The notes under the pieces: generated by a model
The model's input: the letters and a program-made list of their open reading frames with translations, nothing else
Databases searched by the model: none
What the model was told of the DNA's origin: nothing
DNA from: Lepidodermella squamata
Lineage: Eukaryota; Animalia; Gastrotricha
Direction: 5' to 3'
Assembly: GCA_047495785.1 (NCBI GenBank)
Contig: JBLDXI010000002.1
Coordinates: forward strand, 744,001-808,000
DNA: 64,000 nt
Shown: piece after piece, positions 24,663 to 37,289 of the stretch
Layout: every line of letters starts with the position of its first letter
How positions within the stretch are numbered: the first letter of the stretch is position 1
Translations under genes and position numbers: made by a program

Positions 24663-25772
24663 GATCGAGGTGTTATAACAACGGGCGATCGAGCTTATTT
24701 ATTATAAAAAATTCAGGAAAAAAAGCCGCCGAAATTTCAGCCGTTTTGCGTAGAAACTTGCGTCACGCTGAAATGGATGTTTTCGTTTTCGTTGGCGCTT
24801 TTACTAAAAATCATCCCAGCCGTGTATTCTCGATAGCCGCTGCGGACCGGGAAATTAAATTTCCGCACTAGATTTTTGTAAATTTAACTTTCGCATTTTG
24901 GCGTATAAATAATTTAAATCGTGCGATTTTTTGGCGATTTTTCCGCACTGAAACTGGCTAAATTATTGCACCAATAATTATGGCGATAAAAATGTCAACG
25001 CACCTGATTAAGTTAATTATACCTATCATACGAACTTTGCTTGCGTCATTAGTCGAAATGACTCGAAAGTTGAACTTTTGACCAGCCAAAAAAATCCTTT
25101 GAGGATTTAAATGACGTCAAAGGGTTTATACCACAAATTAATAAAAAAAATGAATAAATCCTAAATATTTTCCGGGAAATAAAAAAAATTAGGAAATTTC
25201 ATGTAAAAAATAAGGAAGACTTCAATGGTCATGAATCATGTAATCGAGGGTCGCCGCTGTAACTTCTATAGTGCAACGTAAAATATTGATGAATCCTATC
25301 ACTGAATGTTGAAATAACAAAAGTATTTTTTTAGTTTAAATTCATCATCGATCTAATAATCACAGACAAATCTCAGACAATTTTCACTAAAATGAATTTA
25401 CATTTAAAAATATAAACCATTAAAAATATTTTAAAGAAAAATGAGAACGCTGCCCTTAATAAATCGGCTGGAAAAATATTGTGGGAGCAAACATCCGGAA
25501 TTTTTTGAAATTTTGATTACTAGACTGCGAATGAGAACGAAAAAATCCAGGCCGTCAGTTAAACAAAAGATATCGTAGGCATTTCATTATCGCGGCTTTG
25601 TATTTTTGAGCGAATTGAGTCCCCAAGGTAATATTTAGGGCGTGACCCAGGAAATGAACGTAAAACGCTCTCGATCTTTTATTTTGTATTAACACAATAA
25701 TAAAATCGAAGGAAAATTATGGCACATAAATCAACAATATATAATATTAAATAGCAATTTTTCGAAAAATCT

Positions 25773-27571
25773 TTAAATTATCTCGACAATCAGGTCGTCC
25801 AGGTAATTTTTCGTCTCGTCATGCTCCGATTCGTTTTCATACTCGAAAGCTGCCTCTAAAATTTCAACGTCATGCTTCGTTGCCTGGCCGTTGTGGTAGA
25901 AGCGGCCCCAAACCTGGCCAGCCGTGACCTTTTGACCCCGAATCGGGGTGCGTGGGAAATTCAGCTCAATGCCAACAGCCGGGTCGATTACATCCGAACT
26001 CCTGAGGCGACCGGCGCCGAGTCGCTGAAGCGTGACGCCGATCACCTTCGAATCAATAACGCCGACATATCCGTCTTTCTTCGCCTTCAATTCCTCGACG
26101 AATTCGGCCTTCGGCATCAAATCCCTCGGATTCCCATCGCCGAGAATTAATTGATCCGCGTAATTAGGATCAACGCCTTGAAACACGCAAATGTCTCGGA
26201 ATGCTTTCAAAGCCGATTTGTTGCGCAGCGCCTCTAGAATTTTTGCTTTCCCGTCCTCGAAATCTTTCGCCTTCCCAACAGTGGCCAAAAGATGACCGCC
26301 AAAAGCGGCGACCAGCCTAATTATATCAGGCGCAGATGAATTCTCGGGGCCGAGTCGAAGGCATTCAATGCATTCGGCAATTTCGGAGGCGTTTCCAATG
26401 GCAAGACCGATAGGGCTGTCATTTCGTGTCAGCATAGCGGTTGTTGGGGTGCCCATTCGCCTAGCTAGAGTGGCTAAAGATACCGCCAGCTAGTGAAAAT
26501 AATGAAAATAAATGATTTTCTGATATTCGAATAAAAATTCCGATTTTTCGGATTTTTTTTAATTTTTTTTAATTTTTCTGGAATTTTCGTATTTTTTTTT
26601 TAAATTTTCCAATAATTTTCTACTCATGATATTTTTTCCAATTTCATAATTTCATAATTTCGTAAAATAATTCCGGAATAATTTTTTTGAAATCTTTGAA
26701 ATTCAGTTTAAAATTGAGGCATTTTTGTATTTCAATTTTGGACCAAAAAAGAACAATTTTCTTACGTTTCTCGCTTCGTTGATATCCGCCAGTTGACCAC
26801 CTCGGCCGAATTTAACGTCCAAAATCAGGGCACTCAACTGCTCGGCAACTTTCTTACTAATGATAGACGCTAGGATAAGAGGGACACTAGTAACCGTAGC
26901 CGTGACGTCTCGGTGCGCGTACAGTACGGCATCAGCCGGGCACAATTCGCCGGTTTGACCGGAAATGCAACCGCCAACGGTAGCCAGAGCCTCGAGAACT
27001 TTGTCGGAATGCAATTTCACGCTGTAGCCGCGAATTGCGGTCTCGAGCTTGTCCAAAGTACCGCCGGTGTGACCTAGACCGCGGCCGGAAATCATTGGGA
27101 CTTTGACTCCACAAGCGACTAAAGCCGGTACCAGAACGATGCTATGAAAAAATGAAAAAAATCATTTATTAAAATGTATAAAAAAACAATAAAAAAATAT
27201 AAATTTTAATCAATTAAAAAATAATTATAATAATTTATAAATTAAAAAATTATGAATTTTTACCTGGTTTTATCGCCGACTCCGCCCGTGCTGTGTTTAT
27301 CGACAACCAGGTGCCGCCATTCCTCCGGGTACGGCCCAATTTTCGACCCACTCTCGACCATCAAATGCGTGAAAGCTTGCGTTTCGTTGTCATTGAGGCC
27401 GCGAATGTACATCGCCATCAACATGGCGCCAATTTGCGACTCTTGAACTCGACCCGGGTGCTCTTTATCCGCAACCGCGGTGACAAAATACGCGATCTCA
27501 TCCTGCGTCAATTCGCCGCCGTCTCGCTTTTTCGCAATCAACTGGCCAATGCTAACTGCTGGTTTCGACAT
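25773..27571 (-). CDS. TYMP: Thymidine phosphorylase
   Basis: Exons 27571-27264, 27141-26766, 26489-25773. Motifs VDKHSTGGVGDK, MISGRGLGHTGGTLDKLE, RDVTATV, ASIISKK, LDVKFG, LGAGR. Confidence 0.95.
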
Positions 27572-28225
27572 TTTTCAGAAATAATAATTGCAAAACTCGA
27601 TTATTTAAGCGTTTGCTTTGATGATAAGAAATTTCCTTAGAAGAGAGCTGTGACCCGGGGTCAGATGGCATCATAATGACTTTCTCGTCGCCGTCTTATC
27701 AACGCCGTAGCAGTCCATTGTTGGCACTTAATCTGAGCAGTTATGACATTTTCTTATCTCTAAAAGCTGGAAAGGTGAACACAGCCGCGTAAACGGACTT
27801 GACACGGAATAGAAAGATATTAAGTTATAAACGGAATCGGTTATACAAACAATTATTTTTTGAAAAATTAAAAAAAAATCAAGATTCAAATTATTTATTA
27901 GAAAAATACCTAAAATTAAAAAATTCATTCAAATTTCAGACAAATCTTAAAAAATGCAAAATAAGATTTGAAAAATTTAAATTTTCAAATTGAAAAAATT
28001 GGAAATTTAAACAAAATTTTATATTTTAAAACGAAGCGGCTTTAAACTTGATTAATCATCAGTCTCGATAATAATATTGACTTTCATGAGTCGCGTGTTG
28101 GTCGCGTGCTTGTGACAAAATCTTTCTCGATATCTTTCTAAAACTCGAAAAATTTTCAAATAAAATTAGCACGTAAAATTACGAATTCCTCCCTCGACAT
28201 CGGTTTTACTTTGAATTTTTGAATT

Positions 28226-29845
28226 ATGCCTGATCGCGTTATAGGCGTTACGCCGCATCGGGCGGCGTCGATTTTCGACACATTGAACACCGGCAACGGG
28301 TTGATTTTTAACATTTTACTACTCGGCGATGAGGCGGTTGGCAAATCAACGCTAGCTGCTCGTTTTGCATGCGGTGAAGAACGTAGTACTTACATTCCAA
28401 CTATTGGCGTCGATTTTTATTTTCGTCAAACAACGGTCGATGGTTATCACTGCAAACTTCAGGTTGGAAATTGATCAGAAAAAATTCCATAATATTTTTA
28501 AAATTAGTTATGGGACACGGCTGGTCGAAATAAATTCATGACGTTCCTCAACGAAAAGTAACAATTATTCTAGATTTTTCTCGGAATTTTATAATTTTGT
28601 TTCAGTTATTTTCACAAAGCCAATTGCGTGATTTTGATGTACGACGTATCGAAGAAATCGTCATTCAAAGAAATGAAATTATGGGTCGAACATATTAAAA
28701 AGGTGACCTAATTTTCATATTATGCAATTTTTTCTTGAATTATTTGTTTTTTTTTAGCTCTGTTCCAATTGTGAGCTAGTTATTGTCGCAAACAAGGCCG
28801 ATTTAGGTCGCCAGGTCGACGAAAAGGACGCTCGCGAATTAGCGGCCAAATACGATTTCGACTTCATGGAAGTTTCCAGCCTCGACTCGTGCCAAGTCGA
28901 CCGGCTATTTTTAAGCCTCAGTCGCGCCATGATTTTGTCCCACCTTCGCCGCCAATGCCATCAAATGACGCCCCTGAAAACTGTAGGAGCGCCGAAAAAA
29001 ATTGCGAACAGAAAAACTTACCGAGAAGATTGCGATGTTTTATTCAAAGTTTTACTCAGTAAGTCGAATTCTAAAATTCCACCTTAAAATTTGCAATTTT
29101 TTCTAGTCGGCGAGTCTAGTGTTGGAAAAACGAGTTTGATGCGCCGTTTTGTTCACGATCAATTCAACAATAGCTTCAAAGCAACGGTTGGTATCGATTT
29201 CGAGAGCCACATGACTCGAATTGATGGCAAACTCGTGAAAATGCAAATTTGGGACACTGCGGGCCAGGAAAAATTTCGCTCACTATCACCGCAATATTAC
29301 CGAGGCGCTGATGCTGTCATTGTGGTTTACGACATCGGCAATCGGCACTCATTCGATGGAGTTCTATCTTGGGTTCAACGAGTTCAAATCGTAAGAAATC
29401 TGGAATTATTTATTGCATTAATAATTTAATCAAATACTATAATTAATTATTTTATTTATTAATTTTTAATATTAATTTTTCTTTCAGCAAAATACAAATG
29501 ACACCTTAATGGCCCTTGTAGGCAATAAATGTGACATTAACCCAAATCTTCGAGAGGTTGAGGAAAATCTTGGGAAACAGGTACAAATTTTTGCAATTAT
29601 TCGAAATTTTCCATAATTTTTCAAAATAGATTGCCGGGAGCCTTGGCTTAGATTTATTCATGGAAACTAGTGCTAAGGCGAAGATAAACGTCTCTGAATT
29701 GTTCGATAATTTGGCCCGGAGGACCCTGGAGAAAAAATGCATAGACCTGAATGGCCTGGACTCATCTGATCAAACAATCGACGATTCAATTATCAAGCCC
29801 GTCAGCCTTGGTGCAAATTGGAAAAAGAGTTGCTGCTCAAATTGA
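28226..29845 (+). CDS. Tandem double-Rab GTPase (two Rab domains in one 425-aa chain, C-terminal CCSN)
   Basis: Exons 28226-28462, 28508-28557, 28606-28702, 28758-29058, 29107-29390, 29488-29580, 29630-29845 (1278 nt, in phase). Domain 1: GDEAVGKS, TIGVDF, WDTAGR, NKAD, EVSS. Domain 2: GESSVGKT, TVGIDF, WDTAGQE, YYRGA, GNKCD, ETSAK. Confidence 0.88.
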
Positions 29846-29973
29846 TGCTCAAAATGATGACAACGAATTTATTTGATCTTAAATTTTGATTTTATCCATC
29901 TTATTGGAAAGCAATAGAAAATAACGTTATACGCTACGTAATAAAACGCGACATCAATAAACAGCCTCATGCG

Positions 29974-30213
29974 AAAAAGTAGGTCATGGCACAAATGAAT
30001 GACCTACTTAAACCAGAGTGTAAATATATTAAAATTGTCGTGCTCGGAGAGCGGCAGTTTTACAACGACCTATTGATCGTAGAAAAGTTCTATTGTTTCT
30101 GAAAAATTCCTTTCATCTACACGTGTCGACTTAATCACTCAGGCGGAAAGTTTTTAATTACTGTGTCGTCATATAATTGAAAAGGAACGTAGGCTGAACA
30201 GGCGCCAGAAACA
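29974..30213 (+). promoter_or_regulatory. Promoter of Sushi/CTL gene 2 with inverted AGGTCA (nuclear-receptor-like) half-sites
   Basis: Perfect inverted repeat AAGTAGGTCAT (29977-29987) / ATGACCTACTT (29999-30009). Other blocks are shared with 15480-15712. Confidence 0.65.
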
Positions 30214-30250
30214 TTTTTGCACGTGTTCGTAGTTCAAAGTTGACAAAAAA

Positions 30251-32269
30251 ATGAAGTTTTCAACTTTTTTGGCTGGATTGGCCTGTTTAATTGTCAAAAT
30301 TCACGGTGATAGCGTCAAAGGCATTTGCTTTGTGCCATCGCAAACTGCTTACGATGTTGGCGATAAAGCGGCGTATTGGACGTACGACTCAACTGGGAAG
30401 ACGGCGAATGTGCTCGAAGTTGTAAGTGTTAGCGACAAACTGGTTTTGGTCTGCTCGGGAGGTGGGAAAGCGACAAAAAGCGGAAAAATCAACTGCAACG
30501 CAAATGACGGGTCTTGGTCGCCGCCGGACATCAAGTGCGAAGGTGGGACAACAACAACAACGACAACAACAACAACCACTACAACAACCACTACAAAACC
30601 AACGACTACAACGACTACCACAAAGTCTGCAGCTACTACAACTACTACTACAGCCTCGAAATCTACGGCTTCAACTGCTACGACGAAGGCAGCAGCTACT
30701 ACCACTACCACGACAAAAGCTCCAGTAGCAACATGTTCACTTCCAACTTACGACGCCGGTGATTCGGCTGCGTTTTGGACGAAGAATCAAACGAGCCAGG
30801 TAAAGGCGGAGGCAAGTTCAACCTTCGTGAAGGGAGCTCGAGCTTTCCTCGTCTGTCCAACTGGCAAATTGCCATCAAATTTCGACGGCGCCATCGTTTG
30901 TTCTGGTGATAAAACTTTGACCTGGCAGCCTGCGTCCTTAAAATGTGTATCAACCTGCGCTGTGCCGAAGCAGTCGGAGTATAACGTATCTGACAATAGT
31001 TCGTTCTGGCGGTCGACGTTAAAGGGAGAACGCTTGTCAATTGGCGCCTTAATCCCGCTGAGTTTCCAAATCTCGGTTCAATGTAACGGCTCGAGTAAGC
31101 CGAAGCCGTCATCTGCAGTGACGTGCCAACCTGATGGTTCGTGGAAGCCAACTGGAATTGTTTGCAAAGCCCCTGTTGCTCCCGTTCCGAAGCCAGCAGT
31201 TCCTACAGTCTTAAGTGTAGTAGCGAACAAAACTGAACAAGCAAAATTAGGTAACAATTTAAAAGTTTCCAGTTAAAAAATTGGAATTAAAAATTTGGGG
31301 ATATCTCGCGTAAATATATTAAATTGATTTTTTTTCAATTGATTGAAATTTGGATTTCAGAATTCTTTATATTGGAAATGATATTTTTGAAATTTTAAAA
31401 ATAATTTATTATTTATTTTGATTTGTTTTACATTTTAAATTGTTCAAATTTTCTAATTATCAAAATATGTTTAATCATCACTTCATGTATATTACATTTT
31501 CTGGTCTATTTCGTCTATTTCGACCATCTGCATATTTTCCCCTAGTTGCGGCAGTTAACAATGCAGCAGGCAACGTTAACCGATGTGGAGTACCTCGTAT
31601 GAACTGCGTTCGCAAGCTCCGCTTTAACACAACAGGCAAATACTACACATTTGACTGTGCAGGCGAGTGTACGCTTCAGGGCAACAACACAATAACGCAA
31701 GACGACGAAACGGGAGAGTGGACGCCGAATGGCTTCTGCAACCGCACTTTTGTTCCTTGCAATGTCGCCTTGGGTGATCGGTTTTTCAAAGTTAAGGCTG
31801 CTATGCTGTGGGAGGATGCCCAACAGAATTGCATCGATGACGCTGCTAAACGTAATAAGAAGGCTCGTCTAGCTGTTATAAGGAATTCGGACCAACAAAA
31901 ATACATAACTGCAAATCTAGTGTGTAAGTGCCATTCAGCCCACAACAACTTTATTTTCAACCTTTTCGTTTATTTTAAGCTGATGCGACGAATGCGACCG
32001 AATGTACGGGCTATTGGATTGGAGCCAGGGTGACTGATGCTGCTAATGGCACTGGGAAAGTTGTACGCTGGGATACAGATGGAAGCAAGCTTGAACTCGC
32101 GAATTGGGCCGACAAGCAACCTGACCGAGTTGGATGCACGAAGCCAACTGGGGATGACGCCGATTTGGCTACTTGCGTTCGCGTTGGCAAAACGGGTCTT
32201 TGGAGCGATGTCTATTGCGCTACCGACAAGGTCGAGGGCGCAATCTGTGAATACGTGTGTAACAGTTAA
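30251..32269 (+). CDS. Secreted Sushi/CCP-like + Thr-rich mucin-like linker + C-type lectin protein (gene 2)
   Basis: Exons 30251-31250, 31546-31923, 31980-32269. Closely similar to gene 1, with an extra N-terminal CCP and a poly-Thr tract (30548-30716). Confidence 0.88.
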
Positions 32270-32948
32270 AGATTCGGATTTCTACCCCCGGTACTGGAGC
32301 CCGGTTAAAGATTTACAATCAATAAGTGATTTTTGATTTTTAAGATTAACCTTGAGTTATTTTTCGAATCCGCACTTCCGAATAAATTGTGTTTTTGAAT
32401 TACATGGTAAGATAATTTTTTGAGCCTGGGAAACCCCATTACGTCAAATAGCTTGATTTACTCATCACGTTTCATAATGACTGAGAGAAGAGAAAACTTA
32501 TTGGCTTTGCATCGTGAGTTTACCGTTGAGGTCTTAGCTTTCAAATATAAAGCCGCACTGGAAAGTTCTACGAGACTTTGAAGGAGGTGTGACATTGTCC
32601 TGAAACGTGTTCAAGCTGGGTAAGGGTAACACATGTGATGAATAAAAGAACTTCCCAGAATTTTAGCCTGATCTAGTTTCTCACGCTTCGAGTTTCCAGG
32701 CTTGGCACAGTAGAAGGTGAGCGTTCATTTCTGGCTACATATTTTTTATATACTCACGATGGGCAAAAAACTAAGTTTTCTTACATTTCTTGAAAAGCGG
32801 AGGTAGATGCGAGTTATAAGTAATGCCAATTTTTTCATTAAGCGTCAGGTGGGCGGCGTGAGAGATGTAACCTCGACAAACTTTCTAATTAACCGACGCT
32901 GAGGTTCACGCGGGTCGTTCATTGTGTTTTTTCGTCAGTTGGAAAAAC

Positions 32949-35900
32949 ATGAAATTAGGCCTGGCAATTACCCTCCTGGCTTCGGCCTTCCTGAACGAAG
33001 CTCAAGCAGACAACGACAAGAAAAACTGCACTGTTCCTGATTCGAAGACATACGATGTCAAAGATTCGGCGGCCTATTGGTATTATGAATCGGGGAAGAG
33101 AGCCAATGCTGGTGATGCTGTTCCTGGAAACATCAAGTTGTATTTGAATTGCTCAAATGGCGGGAAAGGCTCGAAAGGCGATGGGAAAATCACCTGCAAT
33201 AATGGCGATAGCACTTGGTCACCCCCTGACATGGTCTGTGTGGGTGGAACAGCCACTACGAATTCGACTGCTAAGGCTACAGATACCAATAGAACTACAG
33301 AAGCAGCGAAAGCTCCAGAAGCAGCTAAGGCTCCCGAGGCAGCAAAAGCTCCAGAGGCAGCAAAAGCTCCAGAAGCAGCAAAAGCTCCAGAGGCAGCGAA
33401 AGCTCCAGAAGCAGCAAAAGCTCCAGAAGCAGCGAAAGCTCCAGTAACTAACGATAAGGCACCAGTAACGTGCAGCTTCCCTTCTGTGGCTAGCTACGGA
33501 GATTTGAAGGAAACTGCTGCTGTGTGGAAGACTGAAAAAGGCGTTGTTGCTTCTCCCTCACAAACTTACAAAGTAAAAGACAAGCTTCTGCTGAACTGCA
33601 ATAATAACAGCCTGAGGCCAACGATTAACACGATTATTTGTAACGTAAACGGGACATGGGATCCACCCGGAGCTGTATGTCAACAATATAACCCGACTCC
33701 GGTTAGGTCTTCCCTTCCCCAAGTAATCGTCAAGCCAGCAAGTAGGAATTGATTCAGTTTTTAGTCTATTTGTGAATAATTCTCAATTTTCAGGCCAATG
33801 CAAGCATCCAAAGATCGCTCGCATCGCCGGCTTTGTCGTCGGAGACACGCAGGTGACATTCACATGTGAGTCTGGTTCGACTTTGATCGGCAGCAATGTC
33901 TTGAAACGTGACGGTGATGACGAGTGGAATGTCGATGGCTATTGCGCCAAGGCTGGATCTCTTCCATCTGCCGCACCTGCTGAACGCCAGCCTGCTGAGA
34001 TTCAACCAATTAGTGGTGGTCCATGTGGCAACGTGCCCGTTGAACAGCGATTCTTCAAGGTTAAGCCCACGTCTGGGCAGTGGCTTTGGGCAGATGCTTT
34101 GACTGCTTGCATCAAGGAGGGCATCCTTGGTGCTGGCCGCCCAGCACGTTTAGCTGTGATCCGCAATGCAACTGAGCAGCAAGTTGTCCAAAAACTAGTT
34201 TGTAAGTTGAAAAATTCTAGAAAATCGATAGATTCATCTTAATTTAATTCAGCTGATGCCCCCGAGGCGTGGGCCTGCAATGGGTATTGGGTGGGAGGTC
34301 GAGTGAATGAGAGCAAAGTTTTGAATTGGCTTGATGGTAGGAATGTTCGGGATTACAACTATTCAAACTGGGCTAACAGCCAGCCGGATAGAAGCGGCTG
34401 CAGCACTCCGTCCGGAACTGCTGACAAGACAACCTGCGTTCGCGTCGCTAAGAGTGGAGTTTGGGACGATGTTTTCTGCGCGACAGATAAGGTAGATGGC
34501 GCGGTCTGTGAGTACATCTGCCCAAGGCCCGAGGACTACGCGGAAAAAGGAGACGCAACCGCGACAAAGGAAAAAGATGGTATCGCGCAAATCGTGAATA
34601 TCATAGCATCAAACGCAGATTCGGCTAACGGCAAAGCCCCAGCTACTGCCCCAGCATCAGGGCCAGCTCCAGGCCCAAGCCCAGCTCCAGCACCAGCCAA
34701 AGCTCCATCGCCAAGCACTGCTCCATCATCTGACAAACCAGCATCAGGTCCAGCTCCATCGTCAGACAAGCCAGCATCAGGGCCAGCTCCATCTTCAGGC
34801 CCAGCTCCATCGTCAGACAAGCCAGCATCTGGACCAGCTCCAGGCCCAAGCCCAGCTCCAGCACCAGCCAAAGCTCCATCACCAAGCCCTGCTCCATCAT
34901 CTGACAAACCAGCATCAGGTCCAGCCCCATCGTCTGACAAACCAGCATCAGGTCCAGCTCCATCGTCAGACAAGCCAGCATCAGGGCCAGCTCCATCTTC
35001 AGGCCCAGCTCCATCTTCAGGCCCAGCTCCATCTTCAGGCTCACCTCCATCTCAGCCACCGGCCAGCAGTGGTTCTCCTCCGACGAACACTGCTGGCGGA
35101 AACCCGCCGCCACCGCAACAATGCAGTGCAAGCAGCATTGAACTCCGCTACTTCAAGGTGAGACCTCAAAATGGTGCGAGCTGGAGTTGGAACGAAGGCT
35201 TGAATGAGTGTATGAGGGTCGCAAACCTCACCGGTCGCTTTGCTCGCCTTGCAGTCATCCGAAACATCAATGAATCCAACTTTATGACCAACTTCACTAG
35301 TAAGAAAATTTAGTACTGTTTTTAAAGATTTCGTAAACGCTTTAATTACTATAGCTGATGCAGCTGGCACGTGGGATTGCAATGGTTATTGGATCGGCGG
35401 TCAGGTCAGGCCAGGCACCACTGAGGTCCTGTGGAACTGGGATGGGGAGAAGAGGAACTTCACCAACTGGGCGACTAAGTCACAGCCTGATAACAATGGT
35501 TGCAACACCCCGAACGCAACTGTTACAGATAGAAGCACTTGCATCCGCGTGAATAAGACCGGGTTCTGGGACGACGTCTTCTGCGCGACTGATAAGGTAG
35601 AGGGGGCGATTTGTGAGTTCCTGTGTTCGCAACCTCAGATTCCGATGTTCCCACCTCCCCCGACGAATTCGACTAGTGGAGCTACTCCACCCCCATCCCC
35701 AGCTCAGCCACCTGCCAGCAATGCTGCTGCTTCTCCCCCTGCAAACACTGGTGGCGCAACCGGCTCCGGCTCCGGGTCACAGAAACAGTGCGATTTAGCC
35801 CTGGAAAAACGTTTCTTCAAGCTTAAATCCAATCAAACTGGCGGCAAATGGGTCTGGCCAGCTGCCAATGCCGCGTGTCTGACCTACGCTAGCGCCACTG

Positions 35901-37065
35901 GTCAATTCGCCCGTCTTGCTGTCATCCGCAACATCAACGAATCCAACTACATCGCGAGAACCTTCACATGTAAGTTAAGAAAATCTCCTCATACCGTAAC
36001 GCCACATTGAATTTTATTGTGAGACGTGACTCGGTTGCTTTTATTTTATGATTTGCATGATTTGTCCCCTAACAGCTGATGCTCCCGACTCATGGGACTG
36101 CAATGGCTATTGGATCGGCGGTCAGGTCAGGGCAGGCACTACTGACGTTGTCTGGAATTATGAAGGTCCACGATGGAACTTCACTAACTGGGCTACTAAG
36201 GCACAGCCTGATAACAATGGCTGCAACACCCCGGCAGCAACTGTCACAGATAGAAGCACCTGCATCCGCGTTAACAAGACCGGGTTCTGGGACGATGTCT
36301 TCTGCGCGACCGATATGGTGGAGGGAGCGATTTGCGAGTACCTATGCGAGAAACCTGAAATTCCTATGTTCCCTCAACCACCTGCGTCAGACTCAACTGG
36401 AAACACTACTGGCGGCAACCCTCCACCAGCAAAAACTTCCAGTGAAAACCCTCCGCCAGCTAATACTACCGGTGATGCCCAGCCTTTTTGGGACAAGAAA
36501 AGCGGAAATTGCAGCGAGCCTGTTCGTGGAAAATACTTCAAAGTTAGGTCTAGTGGCATATCATGGGTAAATGGCCACTACAAATGTAACGAGACCGCAG
36601 CTCCGACGGGCTATTGGGGCCGTCTTGCTCAAGTGCGATCAGTTGAAGAGCAACGAATCGTCGCAAATCTTTCAAGTGAGTAATTTTTCCAACTGTCTTC
36701 GTCTTAATTTTTATCCATTTCAAGGCGATGCTTCTCCTGATTGGAACAGCACTGGGTACTGGCTCGGGGCCAATATTGAAGCCTCGCAATTGACAACAAA
36801 ACTCATGATGTGGCAGCCCTATAGGGAGCAAATCAACTCATATTCGTATACAAACTACGATTCGCGAGACGGCAAAATTCAGCCCGATTTGGCTGGATTC
36901 GTTAAACCGACGCAAACCTCCACAGCTGCTACGGCTGACTTATCGATGTGTATGCGCATAACAAAAACTGGCACCTGGGACGACGTTTGGTGCGCATCGG
37001 ATAGGGTAGAGGGCGCTATCTGCGAATACTTCTGCCCCACGAGTTACAAATATTCCTTCTTCTAG
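32949..37065 (+). CDS. Secreted Sushi/CCP x3 + four C-type lectin domains with Pro/Ala/Ser-rich linkers (gene 3)
   Basis: Exons 32949-33741, 33794-34201, 34253-35299, 35355-35969, 36076-36675, 36725-37065 (all introns phase 1). Four CTLs, each with QPD and WDD. Confidence 0.88.
33300..33443 (+). repeat. Coding tandem repeat (EAAKAP)x8
   Basis: 18-bp unit GARGCAGCNAARGCTCCA repeated 8 times. Confidence 0.9.
34645..35042 (+). repeat. Coding tandem repeats PASGPAPSSDK / GPAPSS with a higher-order duplication
   Basis: The block PASGPAPGPSPAPAPAKAPSP occurs twice, followed by arrays of SSDKPASGPAP. Confidence 0.85.
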
Positions 37066-37289
37066 AATACCGAATAGATTAACTCGTGAACTTGTTAAAC
37101 CTCCAACCCTATCATATAATATGACCTAATTATCAAAGACAATTTAAAATTTCCTGTGACACTTCCCTAACTTTATTTCAGGTTCATAGACAGCTGAAAG
37201 AATTTCGGCAGTTTTAATAAAAATTAATCACAATTCCGTTCGGGATCAAGATAAAAAAATCAGTTCATTAAGGTTGATGTCGCTTTGAA

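Noticed and set aside
30514-30762. Alternative-frame poly-Asn/Gln and antisense poly-Val ORFs
   Set aside because: Shadows of the ACN-repeat poly-Thr linker.
33300-35042. Regular short repeats as a CRISPR-like array
   Set aside because: In-frame coding repeats without unique spacers, in a spliceosomal-intron context with no cas genes.
34536-35131. Antisense repeat ORFs (DDGAGP..., MELGLK...)
   Set aside because: Shadows of the coding Pro/Ala/Ser repeats on the plus strand.
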